Assembly: GCA_009778715.1 (NCBI GenBank) | Contig: WRFR01000002.1 | Span: 45,598 to 109,597, forward strand | Direction: 5' to 3' | DNA length: 64,000 nucleotides | From: Coriobacteriia bacterium | Lineage (GTDB): Bacteria > Actinomycetota > Coriobacteriia > WRKU01 > WQUG01 | Shown: one piece after another, positions 48,854 through 58,772 of the stretch | Layout of the letters: every line of letters begins with the position of its first letter | Position numbering within the stretch: position 1 is the first letter of the stretch | Notes under the pieces: model-generated | What the model saw: only the letters and a program-made list of their open reading frames with translations | What the model was told of the DNA's origin: nothing | Databases searched by the model: none | Translations under genes and position numbers: made by a program

Positions 48854-51220
48854 TCAGGTGAGCTCTCTCACGGAACCAAGCATCAGCCATACGAGCGAAG
48901 TCCCCAGATAGACTACCATCAAGGCGGGCATAACGATACCACTGTCCTCAGTGCAAAACGCGATGATGCCGGTCACCAGAACGCTGATCATCGCCTTGCG
49001 AAAAGCTGGGTTGTGCTTCATTGTCTCTGCAAAGCCCCCGGTAGGACGCACAGCGACCACGATAAGATAAACGATGATCGCTACCAGGAGATATGACCAG
49101 ATATAGGTAAACGTCCGCAGGTTCATCGCGATCTTGCGAATGACGATGATCCACAGCTCGGCGGGCCCGCCCTGCATCATGTCGGTCACCAGGCGGCCCA
49201 GATGCGTACCCTCGCCCGGCAGAAACAGGTCAGCCAGAATGAAAAGAGCTATGAGAGCCACAACGGCTCCAATCATTACCAGGACGCTCTTCCAGGTGAA
49301 TCGTTTTGCGTTGAGCAAAGTCCAGAGTACGATAAAGCCCATCGTCGCCCAGATGGCGACGCCCGCGTTGGCGCCCAGCGGGGGCGCCGCCGCAACGATC
49401 ACGGCCAGCAATCCGAGCAACGCGATTCCGTAGCGTTTGAAATACACCATCCAGTGCTTGTCCGCATATTGATCGGCCAGGAGACCGCACCCCATCATGA
49501 TCGCGCCGACCAGGATGGCGGCAGCTTCATTACCCATGCCATAGTAACGTGAGGCCCCGATCGGCGAATACCCGAGAAGGCTGGTGAACGTTGTCGAGGC
49601 GCCCATGAATTGATCACCTATGATCACGAAAGCCGTAAGAGCGATAAGCACGATCAACGGCAACCGCCTGTTACCTTTCCAGGTGATCAGGCACAGGATT
49701 ACCCACAAAGCGAGCGCAACGCCCAAAAACTCCGCGACCACCGCCGTTGGCGACCCTGGCCAACGATAAACAAAGAACATGAGCCAGTTGGCGATCGGTA
49801 TCGCCAGGACGAACAAAATCACGGCATACATGAGGTGTTTGCACGCCCATACTACCCGGGGGAAACGTATGCGGCCAGCAAAGAAGGCAAAAGCTGCCCC
49901 CAGTATGATAATGGCGGCAGTCGCGATCACAAACGAGCTGATAGCAGGATTGCGTACTGCTTCGACTGAGACCGTCGTCGCGTTTACCCGCTTCAGTTGT
50001 GCAATACGGCTTGCAAGCGTTGAGGCGGCGCCCGTCGAAGCCTGAACAGCTGTTAGGGGAGACCCGATCATCTTGATCGGCGCTTTGAGACCCAGCATCT
50101 CGAGCACGGAAACACTGAGGTCATTATCGGTCACCAGGCCAGCACGGTGCGTCGAGGCAGAGGTGAGCAGCCCGCCTTCCGTTGCCGGACTTGAAGGGCG
50201 CGGAGAGACGATCACTGGCCCAAAGCTGTCACCGCCCAACGCCCGGTCGCGCGTGGCCAGCGAGGTTACGATGATCGTTGCCGCCGGCCAGGTACTGCGC
50301 GCCTGCTGGTAACACCCATCCAGGCTGCTTAGCGCATCAGCCCATTGGCGGCCGGCGACATCAGGCGAGACGTCAGCACTCGCCTGTTGCGCTCGGTACA
50401 GATCGCCCGGATCGATCACGATAAAGCTTTTCGCTGCTCCTGAAGCCTTGATGTCGCCGGCAGTGGCAGCCATCGCCTGGGCAAGCTTGCCAGCGTCGCT
50501 ACGCACGCCAAAAGGCGCTCCTTCGTCGCTGGCCAGAAGATCCTCAGAAACGTCCCCGTAACGTACATATCCATCCGCGTTCATAGCAAGTATCGCAGCC
50601 GGGCGCTCCCTTACACCGGGTGCTGACCCCGGCTGAAAATCTGAGTTTCCGATAGCTGCCGTAGCTCCTGCCGCATCCTGAATGGTCTGCCCCAACAGCC
50701 CTGGCGACGCGTCATATTTATTGGAAGCGTTGGACTTGAGAATGCGCGGCAGGCCAAGATAGGCAATAGTGTTCTCGCCGAGCGGCGCCTGGAGATAGGA
50801 CGGAACGATATCGGCAACACGATCCCCTTCAAGGGTCTCGTTACGACCAAAAGCGCTCAGTGCTGAGGGGTCGGCAACCACAGGGGCCCCCGCACCCAAG
50901 GTCAACGCGCGTTCTGCCAGCACCGATGAGTCAGTATCGAGGCTGCATGCGTTGATGTTGGCAATCAGTCCGTTTTGTGCGGCCTGCCAAAGGGTCGGCG
51001 TTTTCTGTGCGCTGATATCATCCCAGGTGACATAGGGCGCCAGGATCAGTACCACCTCTGCAGATGAAGCACCTGCGACGGTGGTCAGAGAGCTGGCTTT
51101 CGTAGCCGCCTGGGCGCTGGCAGGTACCGCGCCAACAATAACACTGACCGACAGGAGAACTGCGAGCACGCTTGTGGCGAGCCGCGAAGCCCTGCCTGGT
51201 GCTTTCATCTGAAGGCTCAT
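48854..51220 (-). CDS. Large uncharacterised membrane protein: signal peptide, roughly 400-aa ectodomain, roughly 12-TM C-terminal domain
   Basis: It has the signal peptide MKAPGRASRLATSVLAVLLSVSVIVGAVPASAQA. The ectodomain has beta-strand-like ..EVVLILAPYVTWDD.., ..SFIVIDPGDLY.. and ..TIIVTSLATRD... The C-terminal TM block contains ..SRYYGMGNEAAAIL... The start could be 51262, 51220 or 51208. Confidence 0.6.
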   Translation of the reverse strand: MSLQMKAPGRASRLATSVLAVLLSVSVIVGAVPASAQAATKASSLTTVAGASSAEVVLILAPYVTWDDISAQKTPTLWQAAQNGLIANINACSLDTDSSVLAERALTLGAGAPVVADPSALSAFGRNETLEGDRVADIVPSYLQAPLGENTIAYLGLPRILKSNASNKYDASPGLLGQTIQDAAGATAAIGNSDFQPGSAPGVRERPAAILAMNADGYVRYGDVSEDLLASDEGAPFGVRSDAGKLAQAMAATAGDIKASGAAKSFIVIDPGDLYRAQQASADVSPDVAGRQWADALSSLDGCYQQARSTWPAATIIVTSLATRDRALGGDSFGPVIVSPRPSSPATEGGLLTSASTHRAGLVTDNDLSVSVLEMLGLKAPIKMIGSPLTAVQASTGAASTLASRIAQLKRVNATTVSVEAVRNPAISSFVIATAAIIILGAAFAFFAGRIRFPRVVWACKHLMYAVILFVLAIPIANWLMFFVYRWPGSPTAVVAEFLGVALALWVILCLITWKGNRRLPLIVLIALTAFVIIGDQFMGASTTFTSLLGYSPIGASRYYGMGNEAAAILVGAIMMGCGLLADQYADKHWMVYFKRYGIALLGLLAVIVAAAPPLGANAGVAIWATMGFIVLWTLLNAKRFTWKSVLVMIGAVVALIALFILADLFLPGEGTHLGRLVTDMMQGGPAELWIIVIRKIAMNLRTFTYIWSYLLVAIIVYLIVVAVRPTGGFAETMKHNPAFRKAMISVLVTGIIAFCTEDSGIVMPALMVVYLGTSLVWLMLGSVRELT

Positions 51221-51518
51221 CCTTGTCTGCCTCACCTCGCGATCCTCAGTGACCAAAACCACTGTTTTTCATCATAGTTATCATAGCGTAAGGCCCTGAC
51301 AGGATGTGTAACACGCCGACAACGAAAGCCAACGGTCAGATAAGGGCGCCCGGCGCCATGCGCTATTATGATAACGGTCACTGTGAAAAGGAGTCTCTAT
51401 TACCCACCAACCCGATAACGCTGCTGAACTGAGTGATGACAGAACAACTTCTGCTGGTGAACCGGAGGCAAACGCCTCTCTCACCGAGGGAGCAGGCGCC
51501 TCTATCACCGAGGAACTT

Positions 51519-53195
51519 TTGCCCGACGACTTCGTCGCCAGTGAAGCGGGCGCCGGCGATATTGAGCAGGCGCCTTCGGTCGCTCGCTCCACCGCCATTA
51601 TGTCGGTGGCAACTTTATTCTCACGCATCACCGGTTTCATCCGGGTCTGGGCAACCGCCTGGGCGCTCGGCGCAGGCCTGACCGCCTCGGCCTTTACCCT
51701 GGCCAACAACATCCCCAACATGATCTACGAGCTCATGGCCGGCGGTATTCTTTCGGCCGTGTTTATTCCGGTCTTTCTGGAAGTCCGTGCCAAACGAGGC
51801 AAAGAGGAGGGATGGCGCTTCGCCAGCCACGCGATGAACCTTGCCATGCTGGCGCTCATGGTCGTTGCGCTTATCGGTATGATTTTCCCGCAGCCCTTTA
51901 TCTGGACCCAGACCTTCCGCCTGGCCAAAGATACGGTTGCGCTGCGCAACCTCTCGAACTTCTTCTTCCGCTTCTTTGCGTTCCAGGTCGTCCTCTATGC
52001 CTTTGGCGCGATCGTCCAGGGCGTGCTCAATGCCCAGAGAAAGTTCCTCTGGCCGGCCGTCGGGTCGATATTTAACAATGTCGTCGTTATCGCCGTGATG
52101 TTCTGGGTCGGTTTTGCGATCACCGCGCACGGCAACGTACTCACCACCTCAATCAAGGTCGTGCTCGGCGTGGGCACCACACTTGGTGTATTTGCGATGT
52201 TTGCCGTCATGGTCCCCTCGCTGCTCAAGTCGGGGTTCCGCTATCACTTTGAGCTAGGTTGGCATGACCGTGATGTGCGCCGCATGATCATCCTGGCTAT
52301 ACCGGCCGTTATTTACACGCTGACCAACCTCGTTGCCTCATCTTTCCAAACCACGGCCGCCAGCAGCATCTCGGCATCCGGCGCAGCTATCATCTACTTT
52401 GCCAACACCTGGGTCAATTTGCCCTACGGTATTTTATCAGTCGCCCTGACCACGGCGCTCTATACAGAGATGTCGACCTATGCCACCCGCAAGGATATCC
52501 GCAACTTTAAACTCTCCATGACAAGCGGTCTGCGCTCAACAGCCCTGTTGATGCTGCCGACCTCCGCGGCGCTTTTTGCGCTCTCCACCCAGGTCATCTC
52601 GCTCTTCGCGGGAAAGTTCACCGCCCACGATGTCCCTATAGTCGCCCATGTGCTCCAGTACTGGTCGGTCTCGCTCGTATTTCGGGCGGTGATGATATTT
52701 ATCATCTTCAGCTTCTATGCGCTTAAGGACACCAAGACGGTCGCGATCGCCAACCTTGCGGCAACGGTGTTTCAGGCGGGCGGCTATCTTATACTGACGA
52801 CCGGGATCGGCGCGTGGAAAGGCTTTGGCTACGTAGGTATCCCCATCGCTGACGGGATCTTCTACATCCTGTTGTTTACCAGCCTGTTATTCCTGATGCG
52901 CAAGAAAGTCGGAGCGTTTGACATCAAGAGCTTTGTCGTCGTGTTCTGTAAGGCTGCTCTTGCCAGCATTGTGGGTGGCGCCGTCACCTTCTTCCTGCAG
53001 CGCCTGATGGTAAACGCGTTGGGAGGCGGCCGGATCGCTGCGCTTATCACGATCGCTGGCGCTGGCCTCTGCGGACTGGTGGTCGCGTTTGCCCTGATCT
53101 GGCTGCTGCGCGTCCAGGAGCTGAGCGTACTGAGCTCGATCGGGCGGAAGTTCGGCCGGAAGTTCGGCATCGGCAGAGGCGGAGGCCAGGCGTGA
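51519..53195 (+). CDS. murJ: Lipid II flippase MurJ (MviN family)
   Basis: It has ..SVARSTAIMSVATLFSRITGFIRVWATAWALG.. and a 14-TM MOP-superfamily pattern. It has a TTG start at 51519 with an imperfect SD. Confidence 0.85.
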   Translation: MPDDFVASEAGAGDIEQAPSVARSTAIMSVATLFSRITGFIRVWATAWALGAGLTASAFTLANNIPNMIYELMAGGILSAVFIPVFLEVRAKRGKEEGWRFASHAMNLAMLALMVVALIGMIFPQPFIWTQTFRLAKDTVALRNLSNFFFRFFAFQVVLYAFGAIVQGVLNAQRKFLWPAVGSIFNNVVVIAVMFWVGFAITAHGNVLTTSIKVVLGVGTTLGVFAMFAVMVPSLLKSGFRYHFELGWHDRDVRRMIILAIPAVIYTLTNLVASSFQTTAASSISASGAAIIYFANTWVNLPYGILSVALTTALYTEMSTYATRKDIRNFKLSMTSGLRSTALLMLPTSAALFALSTQVISLFAGKFTAHDVPIVAHVLQYWSVSLVFRAVMIFIIFSFYALKDTKTVAIANLAATVFQAGGYLILTTGIGAWKGFGYVGIPIADGIFYILLFTSLLFLMRKKVGAFDIKSFVVVFCKAALASIVGGAVTFFLQRLMVNALGGGRIAALITIAGAGLCGLVVAFALIWLLRVQELSVLSSIGRKFGRKFGIGRGGGQA

Positions 53196-54010
53196 CAAGC
53201 GTGACGGGCGTGGCGGGCGCGGAGCCCCTGCCGTCCCAGGACGGCGACCTGCTCGCCACACCGGAGTCTGCCGAAGACACTCCGGTCATCGTTGCCCTGA
53301 TCCCTGCGCGCAACGAAGCTGAGCGGATCTCAACCACCGTCTGTGCCACCTTGCATGTTCCCGGTGTCACCCGGGCGATCGTCACTGATGATAACAGCGA
53401 GGATGACACCGCCCGCCTGGCCGAGGAAGCTGGCGCCAAGGTGTTTCGCCTGCGTAATCGGCTGAGCGGTGGCAGCAATCCTGATATCGAAAACGACAAG
53501 CCGCTCATCAACATCGCAGGCGGCAAAGGTTCCGCCTTGGAATATGGCGCGAAGTTCGCCGAGGACGCCGACATCATCCTGCTGCTTGACGGTGACCTCG
53601 GCATCAGCGCTGGCGAAGCTGGCACGCTGCTGGCTCCTGTTCTGGCTGGCGTTGCTGACATGACCATCGCGCAGTTCCCCCGGCCTGCAGGCAAAGCGGG
53701 CTTCGGCCTGGTCAAAGGGCTGGCGCGCTGGGGTATCGCTTCAATGGGCGGGGGCTGGCAAGCTGAAGCCCCGCTCTCGGGGCAGCGCTGCGTGCGCCGT
53801 GAGTGCCTGGACCAGATACGGCCTTTCGCGCACGGCTATGGCGTCGAGGTGGCGCTGACCGTGCGTGCCCTGCGACACGGAATGCGTCTGTTGGAAGTAC
53901 CTACCACGATGACCCACGCCGCGACCGGGCGCGACTTGGCTGGCTTCTGGCATCGTGGCAAACAGTTCATAAACGTAGCGCGCACCTTGCTGAAGCTCCG
54001 TTTCGAGTGA
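53192..54010 (+). CDS. Family 2 glycosyltransferase
   Basis: It has ..VIVALIPARNEAERI..AIVTDDNSEDDT.. and ..ILLLDGDL.. (DxD). Its GTG start overlaps the murJ TGA (GTGA). Confidence 0.8.
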   Translation: MTSVTGVAGAEPLPSQDGDLLATPESAEDTPVIVALIPARNEAERISTTVCATLHVPGVTRAIVTDDNSEDDTARLAEEAGAKVFRLRNRLSGGSNPDIENDKPLINIAGGKGSALEYGAKFAEDADIILLLDGDLGISAGEAGTLLAPVLAGVADMTIAQFPRPAGKAGFGLVKGLARWGIASMGGGWQAEAPLSGQRCVRRECLDQIRPFAHGYGVEVALTVRALRHGMRLLEVPTTMTHAATGRDLAGFWHRGKQFINVARTLLKLRFE

Positions 54011-54065
54011 CCTGCTTATTCGGTCTCACCCTTTTTCCCGGCATACAATGGGCAAACGCCCCGGT

Positions 54066-54704
54066 TTACTCCGCTTCTTCGTAGTGAAGGCGGGATTTCG
54101 AGGCACGCTCGACGGCATTTAAAGCAGCGTTGACCGCGATCGCCAATCCGCCGACTAACAGCGTCCCCCAGATCAGCTTGACGGGATCCTGGGACTGGAG
54201 CCCTTCAAAAAGTATCGTCCCTACGCCACCCGCGCCCACCACAGCAGCGATCGTCGCGATGCCGATCGTCGAGATCATCGCCAGGCGCAGGCCGGACGCC
54301 AGCACCGGAAACGCAAGCGGGAACTTCACGCGCCAGAGTATCTGGAGCGGCGTCATTCCCAAGCCCGTTGCAGCTTCAGTAAGCGCCGGATCGACCTGAC
54401 TGAAACCATCGATGAAGTTGCGTACCAGTAAGAACTGGTTGTAGAGCACCAGCACGATCAGCGCTGGGATCGGGCCGATGCCTAGAAGAGGAATCATCAG
54501 CGCAAAGAGCGCCAAGCTGGGGATCGCGTAAAACGCCCCCAGCAAATTGACCACCACCTGCGAGGCGCGGCGGTGAGGCAAAAGTACCAGCGTGAGCAGA
54601 GTCGCCAACACGACCGATGCCACGAGCGCCAGCACCGTGATCAACAGATGCTGACCAAAACAGGTCAGGATCTTGTCATGATAATCAGTCCAGTACTGTA
54701 GCAT
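54066..54704 (-). CDS. ABC permease, OpuCB/OpuCD-type (osmoprotectant uptake)
   Basis: The 212-aa ORF has a BPD-transporter EAA-like loop ..TEAATGLGMTPLQILWRVKFPLA... Confidence 0.85.
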   Translation of the reverse strand: MLQYWTDYHDKILTCFGQHLLITVLALVASVVLATLLTLVLLPHRRASQVVVNLLGAFYAIPSLALFALMIPLLGIGPIPALIVLVLYNQFLLVRNFIDGFSQVDPALTEAATGLGMTPLQILWRVKFPLAFPVLASGLRLAMISTIGIATIAAVVGAGGVGTILFEGLQSQDPVKLIWGTLLVGGLAIAVNAALNAVERASKSRLHYEEAE

Positions 54705-54707
54705 GAG

Positions 54708-55511
54708 CTAGGATACGGCGCTTAAGACCGGAGCTCCGATAGCGCCATCAAGCAGCGACTCTTCCCCCTCCTCGACAGTGGCGGTCATGAGCAGGTCGTA
54801 GACAAACTGGTTGGCCGGCGCCGTGACGATCTCTTGTGGCGTGGCAAACTGCTGCACCCTGCCACTCGACATGATAAGCACCCGCGTACCCAGCTTGAAG
54901 GCCTCGCGGATGTCATGCGTGACAAACAAGTAGGTCGCGCCCTGCGCCGCGTGGATCCTGAGTAACTCATTTTGCAGCCCCGTGCGTGTGATTGCGTCGA
55001 TTGCGCCAAAAGGCTCGTCGAGCAACATCACCGCCGGATCACAGGCCAGCGCGCGCGCCAGACCTACCCGCTGTTGCTGCCCACCGGACAGCTGTGACGG
55101 ATAGCGCGCGGAGAACTCTGCGGGATCAAGCCCGACCAATTCCAGCAGCTCGATCACGCGCGCGCTGGTGCGGGCGCGGTCCCACTTGAGGAGCTTAGGG
55201 GTAACCGCCACATTCTGCGCAACGGTCATGTGGGGAAAAAGCCCCACCTGCTGGATCACATAACCTATCCCATGACGCAGTTGCACCGGATCCTGCTGCA
55301 TGACATCACGCCCGGCGAGCAGGATCTGTCCGCTATCAGGTTCATAGAGGCGATTTATCATCTTGAGCAACGTGGTCTTGCCTCCGCCCGAGGTCCCGAC
55401 GATCGTGATGAGCTCGCCCGTCTCGACTGACAGCGACACGTGATCGACAGCAGGCTCGGTCGCTCCCTCGAAGCGTTTGCTTACATCCTGAAATTCAAGT
55501 GCGATGGTCAT
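54708..55511 (-). CDS. ABC ATP-binding protein, OpuCA/ProV-like but lacking the C-terminal CBS pair
   Basis: It has Walker A GTSGGGKTT, signature LSGGQQQR and Walker B MLLDEPFGA. At only 267 aa there is no room for tandem CBS domains. Confidence 0.88.
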   Translation of the reverse strand: MTIALEFQDVSKRFEGATEPAVDHVSLSVETGELITIVGTSGGGKTTLLKMINRLYEPDSGQILLAGRDVMQQDPVQLRHGIGYVIQQVGLFPHMTVAQNVAVTPKLLKWDRARTSARVIELLELVGLDPAEFSARYPSQLSGGQQQRVGLARALACDPAVMLLDEPFGAIDAITRTGLQNELLRIHAAQGATYLFVTHDIREAFKLGTRVLIMSSGRVQQFATPQEIVTAPANQFVYDLLMTATVEEGEESLLDGAIGAPVLSAVS

Positions 55512-55562
55512 TACTTCCCTTTCAATTCCTACTTTATGACAAAAGGTACCAGGTACTGTTTG

Positions 55563-57185
55563 TCACTCTGCGCTCGTTGCCGACAAGTCGTCACGCACCT
55601 GAGCCCGGATGCTGGCATAGTAATCACTGGCAACCTTGTCCGCTTCCTGCTTATCGACATCGACCTTCGCATTAAGCGCCGTAAGTTTCTCGGTGGTCAG
55701 TGTCTTATCGACGGAGTTTAAGATCGTTGCAATCGTCGGATGCGCCTTCAGCACGGCGCCTCGCACGACCGGGGCCACATTGTAGGGTGGCCAGACCTGC
55801 TTATCATCTTTCAGGGCGACCAGCTTGGGATTAGCCAGGTCACCCGCTGTGGTGTAAAGCGGCGCCACGTCAGCCTGGCCGTTAAGCATCACGGTTGCCA
55901 GAAGCGACGTGTCATAGATCTTCTCGCTTTTCCATTTGAACGGCCCATAGGCTTTGGCTAGCGCAGGCAGGCCATCAGCGCGCTGGTCGAACTCGCCTTG
56001 CGTGGCAAAGCGCAGCTCGGTGGCGTGTTTTTGCAGATCGCTGATATCAGTGATCCCGTACTTATCAGCCGCCGCCTTCGTGATAGCCAGGCCCTGGCTG
56101 TCATTGGCGGGCGCATAATCAAGCCACACGATGTTCCACTTCTGCTGATAGTCTGCCTTGACCGTGTCATAAACCTTCTGCGGGTCGGTCTGCAGCGGCA
56201 GCTTGAGGATACTGAGCAGCCCCGTACCGGTGTATTCCGGATACAGGTCGATCTGATTGCCAGTAAGAGCGGTATGGACAACGGTATCAGCCAGGTTCAG
56301 CTTCCGGTCGACCTTCAAGTCGTTGTCCTCAAGCGCGTCAGCATACAGGTTGCCTAGGATCAGGCTCTCTGTGAAGTTCTTGCTGCCCACACGGATCGGG
56401 GCAGAAGCAGACGTCGTGGTCCCCGCTCCTTTCGAGCCACAGCCCGCAATGACCAGTGTACTTATGAGGGTAAGTACGCCCAACGTTACGAGCAGAGCGC
56501 GGCGGATATTCTTCATGCGATCCCTCCTTATGTTCGTAGCAGCGCGCGGGTGTTGAAAACGCAGCACTCGCCGTTGCAGAAGACCCAACAACCAGCCCGT
56601 GGCCAGTGATAAGCAGGCGACCGACACGCCGCCGATCACCAGCAAGCTGTTATCCATCAATTGAAAGCCCGTGAAGATGATCGTACCCAGGCCGCCAGCG
56701 CCGATATAGGCAGCCAGCGTTGCGCTGGCGATAACTTCGACAATCGCCGTGCGCAAACCCGTAAATATGAGCGGCATTGCCAAAGGGATCTTCACTTGCC
56801 AGAACACGCGCGCCGGACTCATCCCCATGGCAACTCCCGCCTCGACAATCGCCGCTGGCAGCGTAGAGAACGCAATCGTTGTGTTGATGAGCATCGGCGG
56901 CAGGGCCAGGATCGTCAACGCTAACACCGCTGGGAACAAACCGGTGACTTTCAGCAGCACCACGCAGAGAAACAACACCGCTAGACTGGGGATGACGCGC
57001 AGGGTCGCAAATACACCCGTCACCACCGCGCGCACCCGACGATCACGAGCGCACAGAATACCCGCAGGTACGCCGATACCAGCAGCGATAAAGACGGACA
57101 AAGCACTGATTCCTACATGCTCGATCAGCGCGAGAAAGAACGCTCCTGACTGCTGGCTGAAGTAGCTTATGATCGCATGTAACAT
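55563..57185 (-). CDS. Fused ABC permease + glycine-betaine/choline-type substrate-binding domain
   Basis: The N-terminal 210 aa or so is a permease (..VEAGVAMGMSPARVFWQVKIPLA..). A TM with an AGCGS lipobox-like segment follows, then an OpuBC/OpuCC-like SBD (..IRVGSKNFTESLILGNLYA..YPEYTGT..). Confidence 0.85.
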   Translation of the reverse strand: MLHAIISYFSQQSGAFFLALIEHVGISALSVFIAAGIGVPAGILCARDRRVRAVVTGVFATLRVIPSLAVLFLCVVLLKVTGLFPAVLALTILALPPMLINTTIAFSTLPAAIVEAGVAMGMSPARVFWQVKIPLAMPLIFTGLRTAIVEVIASATLAAYIGAGGLGTIIFTGFQLMDNSLLVIGGVSVACLSLATGWLLGLLQRRVLRFQHPRAATNIRRDRMKNIRRALLVTLGVLTLISTLVIAGCGSKGAGTTTSASAPIRVGSKNFTESLILGNLYADALEDNDLKVDRKLNLADTVVHTALTGNQIDLYPEYTGTGLLSILKLPLQTDPQKVYDTVKADYQQKWNIVWLDYAPANDSQGLAITKAAADKYGITDISDLQKHATELRFATQGEFDQRADGLPALAKAYGPFKWKSEKIYDTSLLATVMLNGQADVAPLYTTAGDLANPKLVALKDDKQVWPPYNVAPVVRGAVLKAHPTIATILNSVDKTLTTEKLTALNAKVDVDKQEADKVASDYYASIRAQVRDDLSATSAE

Positions 57186-57373
57186 AAAGTCCCTAGCTGT
57201 TAAAGCATTAAAGGAAACCGCGTCGGGCGTCCATTCCTTTTCCCCTCATGTCTCTTTCAGGTATTCACTCTAGCACATCTCACGATACGTCGAGGTGAGC
57301 AGGCCTGCAAAGGCCGCGCTTACCCCTCCGTGATCCCCGCATCCCGGGAACAAAGTGGGTTACACTAGCAAGT

Positions 57374-58714
57374 ATGGATATCACGCTTCCCGATAATGTG
57401 CTCTGGGTACTTGAGACGCTTGAGGCAGCTGGGTTTAGCGCCTGGGTCGTCGGAGGCGCCGTGCGTGACCTGCTGCTGGGGCAACCTGCGCACGATTATG
57501 ACATCGCGACCGCCGCGCGCCCCGCACAGATTGCCGCCGTCTTTCCCGGCTCGAACTGTGGGCTGGGCGTACGCTTCGGGACCGTCGTCGTGACCGGTAA
57601 AGGCATGACGATCGAGGTCACCACGTTTCGCTGCGAAGGCCTCTATACCGACTTCCGCCACCCTGACGAACTCAGGTTTGCTGATTGCATTGAAGATGAC
57701 CTCTCCCGCCGTGACTTTACGATCAACGCGCTGGCCTACCACCCGCAGCGAGGCTTGCTTGACGTGTTCGATGGCACACAGGACCTGCATGCGGGTCTTA
57801 TTCGCTGCGTCGGCGACCCTGATACGCGGTTTGCCGAAGACCCCCTGCGGATCCTGCGCGCCTGGCGCTTTGCCGCACAGCTTGGGTTTGCGCTTGATCC
57901 TGCGGCCTGCGACGCAACGGTGCGACAGGCAGGGCTCTTGCGCCACATCAGCGCCGAGCGCATTCGCGACGAGTTCTCAAAACTGCTGTTAGCCGATCCG
58001 CGTACCCTCATGGCAATGCCTCACAAGGTTATCGACCAGTTTCTCCCTGAGCTCACGACTATGCTCGATACGCCTCAGAACACCCCTTTTCACCAATACA
58101 GCGTAGGAGAACACAGCATCGTCGCCTGCCTCCAGGTCCCCGCCGACCTGCGCGTACGCCTGGCCACGCTCTTCCATGATGTCGGCAAACCCCGTGCGCG
58201 TTTTCATCGCGAAGACGGCATCGACCACTTCTACAGCCATCCCGCCTACAGTGCTGAGATCACGCGCGAGATCATGGGCCGCCTGAAGTTCTCAGGCCAG
58301 CTCACCGATGAAGTCTGCTCCCTGGTCCTGCAGCATGACCGGCAGGTCGGCAGTACCGACGCGAGCATCCGCCGCGCCGTCGCCAGCGTGAGCGAGGAGC
58401 TTTTTCCTGTGCTGTTGCAGTTGAAGTATGCTGACGCTGGATCGGTCGCCGAGCAGTACCGCGAGGCGCGCCTGGCCAGCGTCGCCGAGATAGAGCGGCG
58501 CTACCATGAGTTGCAGGAAAGCGAGCAGCTTGTCCACTCGACCCATCAACTTGCGATCGATGGCCATGACCTGATGACCCTCGGCGTCGAGCCCGGCCCT
58601 GGTATGGGACGGCTGCTGGCCAAGCTGCTGGATGAGGTTATCGAAGACCCGGCGCTCAACACCCGCGAGTCACTGCTGGCGCGAGCCCAGGAAATCTTGC
58701 AGGCCCAAGGATAA
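57374..58714 (+). CDS. cca: CCA-adding tRNA nucleotidyltransferase with an HD domain
   Basis: It has ..AWVVGGAVRDLLLGQPAHDYDIAT.. (PolyA_pol head) and later ..LFHDVGKP.. (HD). Confidence 0.9.
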   Translation: MDITLPDNVLWVLETLEAAGFSAWVVGGAVRDLLLGQPAHDYDIATAARPAQIAAVFPGSNCGLGVRFGTVVVTGKGMTIEVTTFRCEGLYTDFRHPDELRFADCIEDDLSRRDFTINALAYHPQRGLLDVFDGTQDLHAGLIRCVGDPDTRFAEDPLRILRAWRFAAQLGFALDPAACDATVRQAGLLRHISAERIRDEFSKLLLADPRTLMAMPHKVIDQFLPELTTMLDTPQNTPFHQYSVGEHSIVACLQVPADLRVRLATLFHDVGKPRARFHREDGIDHFYSHPAYSAEITREIMGRLKFSGQLTDEVCSLVLQHDRQVGSTDASIRRAVASVSEELFPVLLQLKYADAGSVAEQYREARLASVAEIERRYHELQESEQLVHSTHQLAIDGHDLMTLGVEPGPGMGRLLAKLLDEVIEDPALNTRESLLARAQEILQAQG

Positions 58715-58772
58715 GTTTCGAATGAACATGCGGCAACCCGTCGAACTAACTGAGTAAAAAGGAGGCAGAATC

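Noticed and set aside
57186-57373. Possible c-di-AMP (ydaO-type) riboswitch in the 5' leader of the osmoprotectant ABC operon
   Set aside because: The context is suggestive, and short fragments (GUGAAU, CCCGA, GGUAAGCG) recall the motif. I could not assemble the pseudo-twofold ydaO architecture or its conserved ACGGGG/CCCGAAUCC blocks by eye. This needs cmsearch (RF00379) before any claim.
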